From Klebsormidium nitens (lineage: Eukaryota; Plantae; Klebsormidiophyceae), in contig DF237492.1 in the NCBI GenBank assembly GCA_000708835.1, positions 1 through 59,478 on the forward strand: 59,478 nucleotides of DNA, in the 5' to 3' direction. The notes beneath the pieces were generated by a model that did not search any database, was not told the origin of the DNA, and saw nothing but the letters and a program-made list of their open reading frames with translations. Made by a program: the position numbers and the translations under genes. Positions 1 to 17,900 of this stretch are shown one piece after another (the stretch's first letter is position 1; every line of letters begins with the position of its first letter).

Positions 1-655
1 ATAACCCGTCGGAGTTGCCACGTCATCCGGGTTTGGTTACAAAACTTGTTGACCCGGGTGTAGATAGTACGGTACTAGTAGTAGTTAGTAGAAAGCAAAG
101 CAGGAAACAGGACCTGAGGCTGCATCAAGACGGCAATGTGAAAGGGCGCTTGATCGATTTGATTGGGCTTCTGATTGTTTGTAGTCTTCTGTTGTGCAGT
201 GGTTGACTCGTCGGTGAGAGGAGCGGTTTGATCTTTGGTGGGCAAACCACTTGAAACTGAATTTGGGGAGGTCTGCATTTGGCCCTGGGAGCATTGTGCG
301 GAAGCAACATGATGTTGCAGCTACTTTGATCAAAATTTGCTGGCGCACAACACCCTCGTTTCAGCTGCAGCTGACCTCTGGAGCTTGCATTGCAGCACCT
401 GCATTGCCTGGTCCCATCTAACCTTTTAGAAAGAAAGAGAGAGCGAGAGAAAGGGACTTTTGATAATTAGAGAGTAGATTATGAGTTGAGGGCAGGTAGA
501 TTTAGAAGCAGAAAACTAAAAGCGAAGATCAAAATGGCAGCGTTTACCTGCTAATCTGCCCCAAGAAATAGAACCTTACAAAGCAAACTCGCGCACCTGT
601 AGGAGATAATAATCCTGAAAAACGTCCTGGGGACAGCTAGCAGACAACAGACGCA

Positions 656-1995
656 ATGGCGCGTACAAAGCTGATGGAGCTTGCTCGGTTGTCTGGCGGT
701 CTGAGGACTGGTAGCTCGGGTGATGGCAGGCTGGGAGATTGCCTTGATGCTGCAGACAGGCAGGGGGAGGGGGTCTTTGCCAGTACGTCTGGGCTCGATG
801 AAGAGGAATATAGGGTGAGGATTCGTCTCTGAGGGCAACTGGATTGTGCTTGAAAAGGGGCCATCTTAGGGGAACCGAGAAGCATGAGTGTCCCCCTCAA
901 GCGCTGTTCGGTAGATTCCTGCCAGAGAACGTGGACTACTTAAGGGTATCATACCGCAGCTGTGTATGGAGAAGGCATGCGACCAAAGATGCAAACATTC
1001 TGCACAGTAAATGCTTCATTCAATGTTTTCTTACTGTGATTCTCAATGTGGGTGCAAAACGTGATACTTCAAAGATTCGCTGTGCTGTGCTGGGCAGCGC
1101 TGCTGACCTACAATCTGCAATGGCTGTATCGAATTGTTCTCACTTACTGGGCTGATCATATTCCTAAGTCTGCGGGCCTGCTTTTACAGACCATATTTTG
1201 GATTGTCACGGCAAATAGCATGGACTGCTTAACTCTGGTTGTCCGATTGGCTGGGCGTCTTATTGCGTTCTCATTCTGCATCCTGCTCACTTGATCAGTG
1301 TACAAATGTCCATCTGAGTACTGAAACTGTTGTTGAAAGAGCGGGTTCAGTTGAGGCGTCCAAACCAGTCAAAGCCTTGATCCTGATTAGAAACCAATCA
1401 AGCCCAATGTCTGAAGCTTGACTCCTTCAAGGACTTATTTACCTGGCCCAAACTTTTCCCAGGGATTTTTTGACACACCAAAACGAACCGAACTTGCAGA
1501 CTTGGATAGCAGGATGCACCAACTGATGAGTGAGCTCTTTTTGCCTTGCTGCAAGACACGGACGTCAACATTTATATTCAGGCAGACGCCTTTTTAAGTT
1601 GTGGTTTATTGTCCTTTCAGGAGGACCCTTCGGACAACCAGGACGGCCCCGAGCTGACCCCCGGGCGCAAGCGTTTCCGCACTCAGAAAGCGCTCGAGGC
1701 GCTCGAGAGCGAGCTGGTCCTCCCCAGCTGGATGGACGGGACCAAGCTCGACCTGTCTCGTGCTTTCCGGCGCTCCGACTTCCCCCCCGACATGTTTTGC
1801 ATCCCGTCTAAGTACCTAAAAAGGGCAAAGAAAGAGTACAGAAACGGCTCTTCCCCTGCAGCAGGGGGGAGGAGGATGAAGCGGGGATTGAAGCGGCCGA
1901 ACAAGGCGGTGCAACAGGCGATCAAGGAGATCCCGCAGGGGATGGCGCTTGCTCTGGCGGATCTGCTTTCGACCGCTTGCTTTCCCGACTTTTGA
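656..1995 (+). CDS. Hypothetical two-exon protein (exons 656-814, 1621-1995; extra exons possible)
   Basis: ATG at 656 opens MARTKLMELARLSGG...EEEYR, ending at donor AGG|GTGAGG (phase 0). Acceptor TTTCAG|GAG at 1620/1621 continues in phase 0 as EDPSDNQDGPELTPGRKRF...ACFPDF*. No recognisable domain. Confidence 0.55.
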
Positions 1996-2988
1996 GCGGT
2001 CGTACCTGGTTGCTTTCTTTGCGTAAATTTTTCTACTTTCATTGAGCCAGCGGGCGCCAAAATAAGCCCAAGATAAACCAACTTGGTTTGAATAGTGTGG
2101 CTCTTCACATAGAATGGATAGAAAGGATAGATATAAAGTCGTACATCACACAACAATCTGTAAAGACACTTCAGCCATGTAAAGCTGCATGTGTGTCGAT
2201 ACGAAAACAAAGGTCGGTACTATCACCAAGGTGCTTGATAAAGAGAACTCGTAGGGGGCACGTGAATCAGTTGATCAACAGCTGATCGAAAGGATCGATT
2301 GGATCTACGTTGTCTGTACAATTGGTCTACTAAGCAAAGTCCGGAACCTTTCATACTGAAGCACTGGGCCCATGCCCCACATACTAAGACGTTCTTAAAC
2401 CCAGTCTAGATGGATCAAGCCATTAAGCATACATGAACGATTTCGATGCTCGTCACTGGCACTGAGCACATGGTTTATATTTATGTGACTTCAGCGGGGT
2501 CGCGGCCGCCTTCACGTAAAGCTAGTTCGCTTCTGGTGGCATGCATGACCGCGTTGTACTTTTGCCGCCGCCGGCCAGCTATATGAGTGCACTACGTATA
2601 GCACCGTCTGAATCTAGGTAGATTATACAGCATGATACAGAGCTATAGCTATAAAGGCAGCTGCCAGACAGCGAGCGCGCACTGCATGAGCGTTGGAAGC
2701 TGGCTGAAACGCGTGACGCTTTCCAAACAAAATTGACATGCCAGGGGGCCAGACACTGAATTGCCTCTGGACATGGGCACTGATTTCGATCAATAAGTTA
2801 GTCAGGACGATTCGAATCTGCTTGGCCGGTCAGCTCGTTGAAGTCTACTCCGCCAATTGCGTGCAGGAACGCGTACACATTGCGAAAACTCAGCTGTTCA
2901 ATGACTTTCTATCGCTCTTCTGTACTATCAAGCGAGACTCACAGCATTATACTAGGTCGAGCGACAATAAGAATGGGAGCGGCAGTAG

Positions 2989-7610
<4,622 letters not shown>

Positions 7611-10600
7611 GAGCTACAGTACAAAGAGTGGCTTGTTTTCGCGCCGCAGCACGCTACGCTGACTCAAAACCCCGGGTCAATTTGGCGAGGCTTTGAGACG
7701 GTTTTCGGGTCCGGCCAAGTCGACCAGGCAGCCAGCTGGGTTGTGATGATTGTAAGGACTACCAGGCGGGGCAACAGATGCAACAGCTGCTCACGAAAAT
7801 CTTTCAGGCAACAGATCCAGGCAACAGGCGCAACTGCTGCTCACGAAGATGTTTCGGAACTTTGGGGATGCAGCACAGCAGAACGAGCGAGCAAGAGCAG
7901 GGGCGGGCCCCGATCCCGGCTTGATTTGATCAGCATGGTACGTCTAAGTCAACACAAGCGGCACGTGCAATGTGATTGACCAAGGCAAATGCCTGCGAAG
8001 GGAAAAGGATGTGGGGCGTACCTCTGCTTGAACTATTGAGAGGGGAGTGGAGCACAGTGTGGTGAAACCTGCCGCTGCCAGGCCCCACGAAGCAGCCCAA
8101 CCCAACTGCAAGATAGAGCCAAAATCGACTTTTGCGGGGCGCAGATTGCTACCTTACATAGGCCCCTGCCGCACGTTCGAAATAGCTTGCATCTTGCATC
8201 TTGTCAATGCTGTCCTTTCACGGTCGCTTCTTTCAACGTTGTTGCCAGGAGACCCGTCTCGATGCATGCTGCGATGCGCGCTGGGGGCAGCCGTTCTGTT
8301 CGAATGATGGAACTCACTGACAAAGCTTGTCAGAACAGACAGCTTGATTTTAACTTGATGTATAGGCCAGCACTTCCATATGCCTGACTCAGTCCAGGCA
8401 ACCTCTATTATTGGGCCACTAAAGCCTTTGCATGCAATCTAAAACGGTCGCATCCTTCGAATAGAAGTGGCCGTACGATCAGATGCAATTCCCAGGACTC
8501 GTACTCAAAAAACTTCTTACCAAGCAGTAAGTTTATCTTGTCCTGTCTACATTCCTAAACTCGAATATCGAAGAAGCGAACTTGAGGTTTCACCTTGGTT
8601 CTGTGGCTGTCCTCATGGCTAGCACTGGTCAAACCAACGCAGTCCTGCGCGGTGCTCGTGCCAAGGGGATAAACTGGGGCGGCGCCCAAAGCCCCAGACA
8701 GAGCCCTCACAATCTGCATAACGGGGTTGCATAATTTGTACCACCAGGTTAAACATTTTGTACCACCAGTCTTGTTGAAAATGTGATGGTTGGATGATGA
8801 GCGGTTCGTTGATGCCCGTTAGCCTTGGCGCCCTGGTCGAAACTCCAGCGGAAGAGTGACAAAAAAAATCCTTGGAGAAATGCAGATTGCACAACGAAAG
8901 TATTCTACGATTTTAGCACCACCAAACTGATTGTGGATTGGCATTGCAGCCTCTGTTTCGGGTCGAAAATGCGCTAATAGGGGCTCTGCATTGAAATCGA
9001 TGCAGACCACGAATGACTGCATCTGCAAGCTACTGCTTACGAAGCACTCTACGGTGGTGAAATATAAAGTTGTCTTGGCAACTCCGGAAAGCAGTTAGAA
9101 TTGTTCACGTTGTGGATCGAGCGTTCTTTGCAAGTTTGCAGATCTAACGATCTAAATTTTCAGCAAGTGTGTCCATTTGCCTGAAAGAGCCAAGCATATG
9201 CTTTTCGCTACAGTTGATGAACACCAAGTGCCAACCCTCAGTTAACCCCAAATGAGGCATAGATTGCTTTTCACATTTCACCCAACAACACCCGAAACCC
9301 CTGAATCTTTCAATCCAAGCAGCAGCACACCTACTTTGTCTCTTTCAGGCAGGAGCTGAAAGTGGTGGACTGCATATCGCAAGGGGTGATTGGTGGCCAA
9401 GAGCCTCAATAGGCTGCATTTTTGGCCCATGAAACGGTTGCATGGCGCTAGGTGGTGCTCTTCGACAAATGCTTGTCATCCGCGTTGCAAGCAATGAACA
9501 CAAGCAACCAATGAGGGTCAATGCAGATCTGTGGGCAACAACTCGGTCTTCATACAGAGAGGCCAACCACACCTTCAGATCCCCACTGGGTCCATTGCCC
9601 GCATAGACAGACCTTCTCAGCAAGGCCTGCAGCATCCGTTGAGAAGCCATCTCCACCAACAACCTGGGCTCCAATGTCGACTCTGCAAGCGCCCCTTAAA
9701 CTGTAACGCAGGCTGCCTGAGCTAAACTTAGAATGCAATGCAGCCAAATGCCAAATGTCACTGCATGTTGTGCACCTCCGGAACCATTGACTTACCTCCG
9801 AGCGCGCGCGCACGCGCGGATTCACCTCTTTGAAACTAGGGTTTGCAACTTGCACCTCGCTGACACTGTCGCACCTAGCTCAGCCATCTTGCACCTGTTT
9901 CAGCTGGCACAACTTGCAGGGCGGCCTTGTTGCCGCTGGCACCAAACGCTGTGGTCGCCAGAGCTCCAAAGAGCTCTTCCAAGGAGCTCACGCAATGTTT
10001 GAGCGGCCCATCTTGCAGCGGGACAGTCCATGACGTTCGACAATCTCACTTCAATGATGTTGAGAGCTCTCTGCATGGTTGAAATATTTGAGCTCTGATA
10101 AAGTGTTGCTCACCTCTAACAAAGGTGCTGACACAGAGCTGTGCGGAGGAAGATACTTGGAAGCAACTCCCGGACTGTACATTCGAACTCCTGTTATGAG
10201 CGAGCGCCAAGATTCTGTTCTTTTGCTTTTTGTGGACTTCGAGACACCACCAGATATCTGCAACCCACGAATGACACTTTGACAGCTGCAGAAGTTCCTT
10301 TTGAGGGATTGAAAAGCGTTACAGAATGCAGACAGCTGCACGAGCTGCTCCATCAGAGCTCTAATGAGCTCCAAGAAGGAAAATGAACCGCCAGGGCCGG
10401 CAACAGCGGCAAAGTGCCAGCCCCACTCCAATCCTGTTGGAACCACCCTTGGACTTGAAGTCTGCTCATTCTGGAGATGCTTGGCCGCAACATGAGGCGC
10501 CGCAAAATTCTCATGGGAGAAGGGCGGCGAGTCCGTGCAAGGAGAATGTGTGGGTGCCGGCGGGGCGAGCGGGAGCAGGGGTGCAGGTGCAAAAGGAAGA

Positions 10601-11948
10601 TGCTGAGGTAAGACAAGCAAGAGAGTGCCCTTCGTAATCTTTGTGACCTGATCCGAGTGTGAGGAGTGTCAGCATTGGAGCACTCAGTTAGGTGGTCAAA
10701 TGGAGCAGCGTACTGGCGGTATGAATGTACGTGTGCTCTCGCCTTTTTAAAGAACCGGTTCATGGCGGAGCGAAGGTGTTAACTTAGAGCGGCAGTGGTC
10801 GAAGAAAAAGTATAAGCACTGATGACATCAACAGAGTGTGCTTCTTATATTATCTCTGATCTGAAAGGAGTCTTTGTGCGGGAACCAGGTACTTGAAGGA
10901 CTATGATTCCTGTTGCACTTGTCCGTTCGTGTGTCCTCCTTGATTACTTACGTGGCGACTTTGCCAGGGATACTCAACCGCAGCCTGTTCTCCATGTGAC
11001 ATTGGCTGACTCCTAGGTCGATTTGAACTGAGAAACAATCTTCATCCAAGCGTTTTGCTCAAGGCAGACAACGTGGCTACTATTTCACAAGGTCTCCCAC
11101 TGGCTCAAGTGTAGAGAGATCCGGTTGCCTTGAAACTGTTGGACTCTGGTGTAAGAGACTTGTCTATCAATCTGGAGACTGGCATCCACACTCGTCACTC
11201 TCCAGGCAAACTTGGTGCATGACCAACTTTGGGATCTGAGGGAACAGTCAGATGCGGGACTCATGCATTGAAAGCAAGTCGCACTTCACACCTCCTGAGT
11301 TGGCACTTGAGCAGTACGATCCAGAAACAGAGCGCCACTCCTGCATTCGCAGAACCAGGAAAACAGCAAGTTTCTCAAGCACATTGACGGACGAGGTTCG
11401 CCAAAGTCACTGCGAGAGCTGGTGGGGAACAGCACCCCAGCTCTGCAGATACACATCACTTCCCCTGGCAAAGCACGCGAGGCGCAACCGGCGATCGGGC
11501 CAGCCGGGCAGTCAAAGGATGGCGGAGCGGAACGGTTGGAGGAAAGTGGGGGTGAGACATATTCGCTTGGCAGTTTCCTCATGGTAAACCGCTGCTTAGC
11601 AAGAAGGGCAGGAACATCTTCAGCTCGACACATGGCCTTTGCGCTGACGTTGTTTACTTCGCTACTGAGCACAAAAGGCAGGAACATTCGCAGGAGCTGA
11701 GCTCTTTATTTGCAAATCATGCGTCGACCAGAGCAAAGTCGGTTTAGGAATCCTCCGCATGGCAGGCCCTCTTGTACATGTTTTTCCACGAACATTGCAG
11801 CCCGAAGATGAAAGCAACCACAGCCAGACCCGCTTGTCACCATCCCTCGAGATGGTCTTCTGAGCACAGTGTCGACACATCGTGGCGGTATTTCGAACAA
11901 CGAAACGAACAAACGTAACAAAGCATTTTTGAATCCTTGTTTGCAGCT

Positions 11949-14900
11949 ATGCTCCCAGTGTTTGCCGAGTTTCGGCTCCCCTCTGCGCGTCGGGGGGGCA
12001 CTCCTGAAATGGGAGCGGTGAGGGGTTCTGCGTCGCTCGCTAGACCGCTCAGCAGTGGCCGAATTATCTTCGGGGGAAGTCGTCCAGTTAGTAGGCAGGA
12101 TGGTCTCCGGCCTTCCACCGAACGCTCGGACTTCGGACGCGGCTTACCGTCGTTGGACGCGAAGAAGCAACTCAAATCTGCGCGGGTTGCGGACGGGCTC
12201 CGAGCAGAACTCGGACGGAATATGGACCGAGTTCCGGCAAACTCCGGACGGATCCTGGCGGACTCCGAGCCGGATTCGGACACGGACTTGGACAGAGAGG
12301 TCGCCGAGGGCTTCAGACGGCGTCCGAACACGCGGCGAACTCCTGAGTTTGTGTCTGGCAGAAACACCTCGGACAGCCAGGAGTCGTCACTTGGCGGACC
12401 CTCGCCGGAAACCCTCCCACCATACAGCCGTCGGAACACAAGCCCGTTGGTCCGATCGCGATCCAGCCCGCATCGGGCCCGAAGTGCGGTAAACATTTAC
12501 CCCATTAGTCTCGAGCAATGCCCCACGAGTCGATGGGCCATCGATTCCGAGACGGACTCCGCTTTCGACGAGAATCTGGCCCGGATCGCGTCGCTCGTCC
12601 GGAGGAGTCGACCGGCCACTTCGCTAGGGTTGGCGCCTAAGGCCCAAAGTGCCCGGGGAAGCCCTCACCCGGGCATGCACAGCAGCGAGATTTGGGGCAG
12701 CTTGAACGAGCGCGCGCGGAAAGTCGCGGCGGAAAGCGCGGAGGAGCTGCAGAAGAGGCGGCGCCGGAGGTCGAGTCCCGAGAAGCACTCGGAAGGATTC
12801 GCACCCAAGGTGAGAAGCTAGAGGGTGCTTGGTGCGAGGCCCTTGACCGGTGGTCCGCTTGGCAGTAGACTTCGTCAGGAATCTGCTTTTCACCCTTTTG
12901 ACTCCCAAGTGTAGGGCTCAATAGTGGGCGTGTTTGTCGACCTTTCGTTCGTGAACCACCTTCGGATCATTTCTAGATGACAGATGAGTCGCCGCCAGCA
13001 ATATCAACCGGCCTGGCTGCTTTCGCCCCAGACTGTTCCTCTGATTGATCGATGCACGATCAGAATAGTTTGTTGCGATCCAATAGAATCTAGACTTGAT
13101 TTGAATAATAGTGTCTAGAGTTATCACGTTTACTAAGGTTACTTCTCGCAGGTTCGAGCGTCGTCCGCGCCTCTGTGGAACCCCCGCGTCACGCGACATC
13201 GGCCTGACGCGGCCCCGGCGAATGGCGACGCGCCAGGTGGCAGGCAGTCGAGCCTGTGGGCGTTCCACCCGCCCGCGGACCAGGCGCTGAGGAACGCGCG
13301 CAGCGCGGCCGCGGCGCGGCTGCGACAGGACATCGAGTTATATAGGGAGAACAGCTTCCAGCGGGAGATGCTGCAGCAGCGAGTTGGTGAGCATACCTCA
13401 ATGCGCTTGCTCTGACGAGCCCCCTTTTCTGCATTCTCAGACTCTACATTGTGAAAATCTGTGTGGAACAGAGGGGCATTGAGCTCGGCTGCCAGCGGGA
13501 GACACTATACAGTGAGTTGGTGAGGCGTGCCTTCCGTTTGCTTGCTCTGACGATTGTCAAATCCTTACGATCGCTTTAGGGGCTCGAATTCGTGAAGCCC
13601 TTTCAGTCCCGGGTTCGTAGAACCTTGTTTGCCATCGATGTGAACGAGAGACGGCTGCAAGCCGTAGGGTTTAAATCGGCTGACCGGACTTTCTGTTTCA
13701 GTATATTGAAACGTCAGATTCGTAAAGCACTCTCCTGATGTGCTGGAACAATCACCTCGCAGCTTTCTCCCAGCCTCTCGCCGCAGTCGTCTTCTCAGCA
13801 TCTTTACGTTTATACGATGCATCGTCTTCTTCCAAGCTTCCTATGGATATCTTACCCCTTTCCTTCCCAAGTTACGGTGTTTTCGAAGGTTTTGCGCGGT
13901 GTTCGAGCAGTGCAGCCAGTGCGTCAACTATGCCACCCTCTTCTTTCAAGTCCCAACTTCCGGCACCTGATCTTAGACCGTCAATTGGCTGATTGCGTAC
14001 TTGGAAAAGAATGGCTTTCAAGGGTGGCAGGTTGACGCCAGAAGCTCTCACTAGAGCACATCCGTTACGCCTAATGTTTCTAATCATACAGAAGGCTTAA
14101 ATGCAGTCACGCCTTGTAATGCAGATAGTCACAGGGAAGAAGCGCTACAGCAGCGGCGACAGCTGGTGGAGGCGACGGGCGATTTGCTAGAGCGGAACAA
14201 GTCGAACCTGGAGCAACACCGGGCGGAAGAGCGGAACCGGCGGATCCTGGAACGCGCGCAAGCGCACCAGGAGCGATGGACCGCGATCGTGGAGCGCCAC
14301 GTGGACAATCAACGGCGGGAGGAGGACGCACGTGACGAGTTGATACTGCTGCTGTCGAAAGAGGAAGAGGTGGGTGTCTTTCAACTCTGAGCAAGCTGAA
14401 CAAAGTCGTGCAAGCCACGTTTCTTTCTTATAACTATGTTATAAGAGGCTTCAAGTGGTGCTTCTTCTTAAGAATGGTTCAAAGCATGTAACTTTCGATC
14501 ATGGGGTAAGAATGACGACTTAAAAGACGCTTCAAATAGTGATCTCCACTGTCCTTTTCACACGCCATTTCTGGGTTCGAGTCCGTCACTCTAGTGACGG
14601 TTATCCGGTGCTATCCGTACCGTTCAGGTCGCTTAGAAGTCCGGTCCCCAGAATTCTTGTCCTGAATCGCCTCTTCATTTGGCGCAAACCATCCCCATAA
14701 ACACGTCTTTTGCTTTTTCAGGAGGACCGGAAGGCCGAAGCGAAGGAGCGCCTTCGACTTTTCAAGATAGAAAGGTGCGTGGCCCTTTCTGATATACTCA
14801 ATTCCTACCTAGGAGTCTCCCTTCTCTTTGCTCTGCATCCTGTCGTCCTTTCTGCTTCTCTCACATTAACCTCTACGTCTCGACGTAGGTTTTTTGGCTT

Positions 14901-17900
14901 GTGTATCGCATGCACCCCGAGACCGTAGGCCTAGGTTCCGCCGGAAAAGCAGCTGCGGAAGAAGAACCCAGCGGATCCCGCGGGAACAGGATGGCCTTTC
15001 CCTCGTGGTCAAGTTTCATAAGATCGGTCTGAAAGCCGTGTTGGATAACTTACCATGCAATCAGGAACTTAACCTGTTATTTATTTCTGATCAGGGCTTC
15101 CTGCCGTCCAAACGACGATTGACGGAGGCTCCTCAAAGCCCGACTCGTGAATCTCCTTGCTTGTGGATGCCCCTTCTGCTTCCGCGTCCTTTTGTTTGGC
15201 CAACAAGTTCGCAAGACGTTTCCGACTCGTATCTGAGACCGTCACTCATAACTCTCTTGTAATGTCTCAACCCGTACCTTTGTAGAAAGCTCCAAACCCT
15301 GTTAAACGGCGTTGACGATCGGTCCCGCACTCTTTTGCAATCAGCACCCTGATTCCGTGGACCTCAAAGGTAGTCGGACCGAATTCCTCGATGTTCTCAA
15401 GTCACTGGATCTTACTCGTTTTCCTCAGGGGTCTCCATACCCATACAGACGAAGCTCACGCACAGTCAAAGGTACATCGCCCTCCACACGGAGAGACGCG
15501 ACCCCAAAACTAAGATGCTCAAACCCAGGATCTATTGTTTGAATCCTTAGGGCCACGACCTTATACCCCAGAACCACAGTCCTAGAAATTCAGAGTTAGA
15601 ATCCTGAATTACGAAATCCTGGCAGTGGACGACCCTGGTCGCAACCCGAGGCCTTCTCCAGCTGCTGGGCCGAGACGGTGAACTTTCAACCCCAGATCTA
15701 AGATCCGAACCCTAAACCTCTATCCAAACCTGAACCTTAAACCCCAAACCCCAAACCCCTATCCTGGCAGGCACCTCTGGTAGACGAAGCTCGTTGCGCT
15801 CGGCGGCCGGCTCCAGCTGCTGGCGAAACGGTGAAGCGTCCAAAAGACTCAATCTCTGGGCCAAAATCTTAAACCCCAAAATCGAGCTCAAACTCCAGCA
15901 CCATTGAAAAGCCTAAACCCTCAACCCTGGCAGGCGCCGGTGGTGGACCACGCTCGTCGCGCTCGGCGGCCGGCTCCAGCTTCTAGCGGAGACGGTAAAG
16001 CTTCAAGTTCCCCATTCAAAAACCGAAACTCTGGATTCCAATCCTAAACCCCAAACAATAAACCCTGAACCTCAAACCCTGGCAGGCGCCGCTGGTGGAC
16101 GACGCTGGTCGCGCTCGGCGGCCGGCTGCAGTTGCTGGCCGAGACGGTGAAGGCGCAGCGCGAGATCCGGTTGCGCGAGCAGCGGCGCCTCGCGGCCGCG
16201 CTGTACATCCAGGACTGGTTCCGGCGGGTGCGCAAGGTGCTCATCTGGAAGCGGCAGAACGCAGCGGCGCGGAAGATCCAACGGTGCGTACCGGAACTCC
16301 TTCTAAGGGACGGTGACTTCGCAAAGAAACACGCCGAAGTTCTTTCAATTTGAAGTCTGCATATGGCTCTGGAGTGCGGAAGGTGCTCATCCGGAAGCGG
16401 CAGAACGCGGAAAATCCAACGGTGCGTACCGTAATTGCCTTGCAGAGGCCGGTATCGGCATTACAAAGCCGACTTTCTGTTGATGTTCTGTACTAGAAGT
16501 CTGCATGCGACTTTGAGGATAATCTCCAAAATCTGGAACCGGCGGGTGCGCAAGGTCCTCATTGGGGAAGCGGCAGAACGCAGCAGCGCGCAAAATCCAA
16601 CGGTGCGTACTGTGATTGCCTCCCAGAGGCCGTGCTTTGCTTAAGAAGCGGGATTTTGATTGAATCTCTTAGCTAGTTCCAACGACTTCCGATGTTGGAA
16701 CCGGCGAGTGCTGAATGTCATCATCTGGAGCGGCAAAACGCGGCGGCCCCTAAAATCCAGCGCTACGTATCGGGATTGCCTCTCAGAGGCCGTAATCTTG
16801 AACAAAAGACTCCGAAGTTCGTTTGTTTCAAAGTCTGCATACGACTCTGGATATTGGGACCGGTGGGTGCGAAAGGTCCTCATCCGGAAGCGGCAGAACG
16901 CGGCTGCCCGAAAAATTCAGCTGTGCTACCGTAAATTGCCTATCAGAAGCCATGATTTTGCACAGAAAGAAGCCGAAGTTCTTCTGATTAGAAGTCTGCA
17001 TATGACTTTGGAGATTGGAACCGGTGGGTGTGGAAGGTGCTATCTGAAAGCGGCAGAATGCGGCGGGCAGGAAGATTTAACGGTGCGCCCCCGACAATCT
17101 CTTAGAGGCCGGGTTTTTCACTTTGGAAAGCCGAATCTCTGTTGAAATTCTGAAGTGAAAGCCAGCATGCGACTTCGGAACTATGGAGCCGCCGGTGCGG
17201 AAGATCCTGGTTTTGTTGCTAGAAGAGTGTTGGGGGCTCCAACGCAAAGTACACTCAGATCTTTTCCGCTGCATGAGCTGAGGACGGGCGGCGAAGCGAA
17301 AGCAAAAGAAAGGGAGACTGAAGTAAAAAGCAAACCAACGAAAGACACGAGAGAAGAGGAAGCAACATGTTAGGATGCTGATTATTACATCCTTGTTCTT
17401 CAGGTTCACCCGGGACGTCGTCTTCGCCCAGAAGGATCGGCGGCGTAAGCGGTACGCAGGCCTGATTGCCATGTTTTTGGGCGACCTCCAAAGGTCCCAG
17501 GCGCTCATGCTTGCGTTCCGGACGTTCCGGCAAAGGGGTGAGCCGCTGCCGTTCCGTTTCTGTCACCGCTTCTGTTCATCTTTGTTTCTTTTCAAGACTA
17601 CTTCCCTCTCTTTTCTGTTCAGATCTTGTCGCGGTCCATTCTTGGCCATCGTTTAAAAATCTCCATCGCAGATTGGCAGATGAAGGAGGGAGCGCGGCCG
17701 GCGCAATCAAAGCTCATTCTTTTCAGAATCACGCTGATGGATCAGAAACCCGCCTGAATTGAGCTGACCACCCACTAGACCCTAGCTAAACCCCTTCCGT
17801 TCCTCAACAGTGATAACATTCCAGCGCCTCGTGGGGCGCGGCCGGCGCAACTAACGCTGACTCTTGTCAAGACCATGCTTTAACGGGAGCTAAACCCAGC

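Noticed and set aside
8600-11690. Possible minus-strand gene (ORFs 9345-9674, 10051-10620, 11286-11687) divergent from the IQ gene
   Set aside because: I could not assemble a phase-consistent model or recognise a domain. A real gene here is not excluded.
15690-16085. Chromosome end or true telomere
   Set aside because: The repeats are short, degenerate and internal to an intron.
16284-17215. CRISPR-like regularly spaced repeats
   Set aside because: The units are long, degenerate copies of an exon end in a eukaryotic intron. The spacers are homologous to each other and no cas genes are present.
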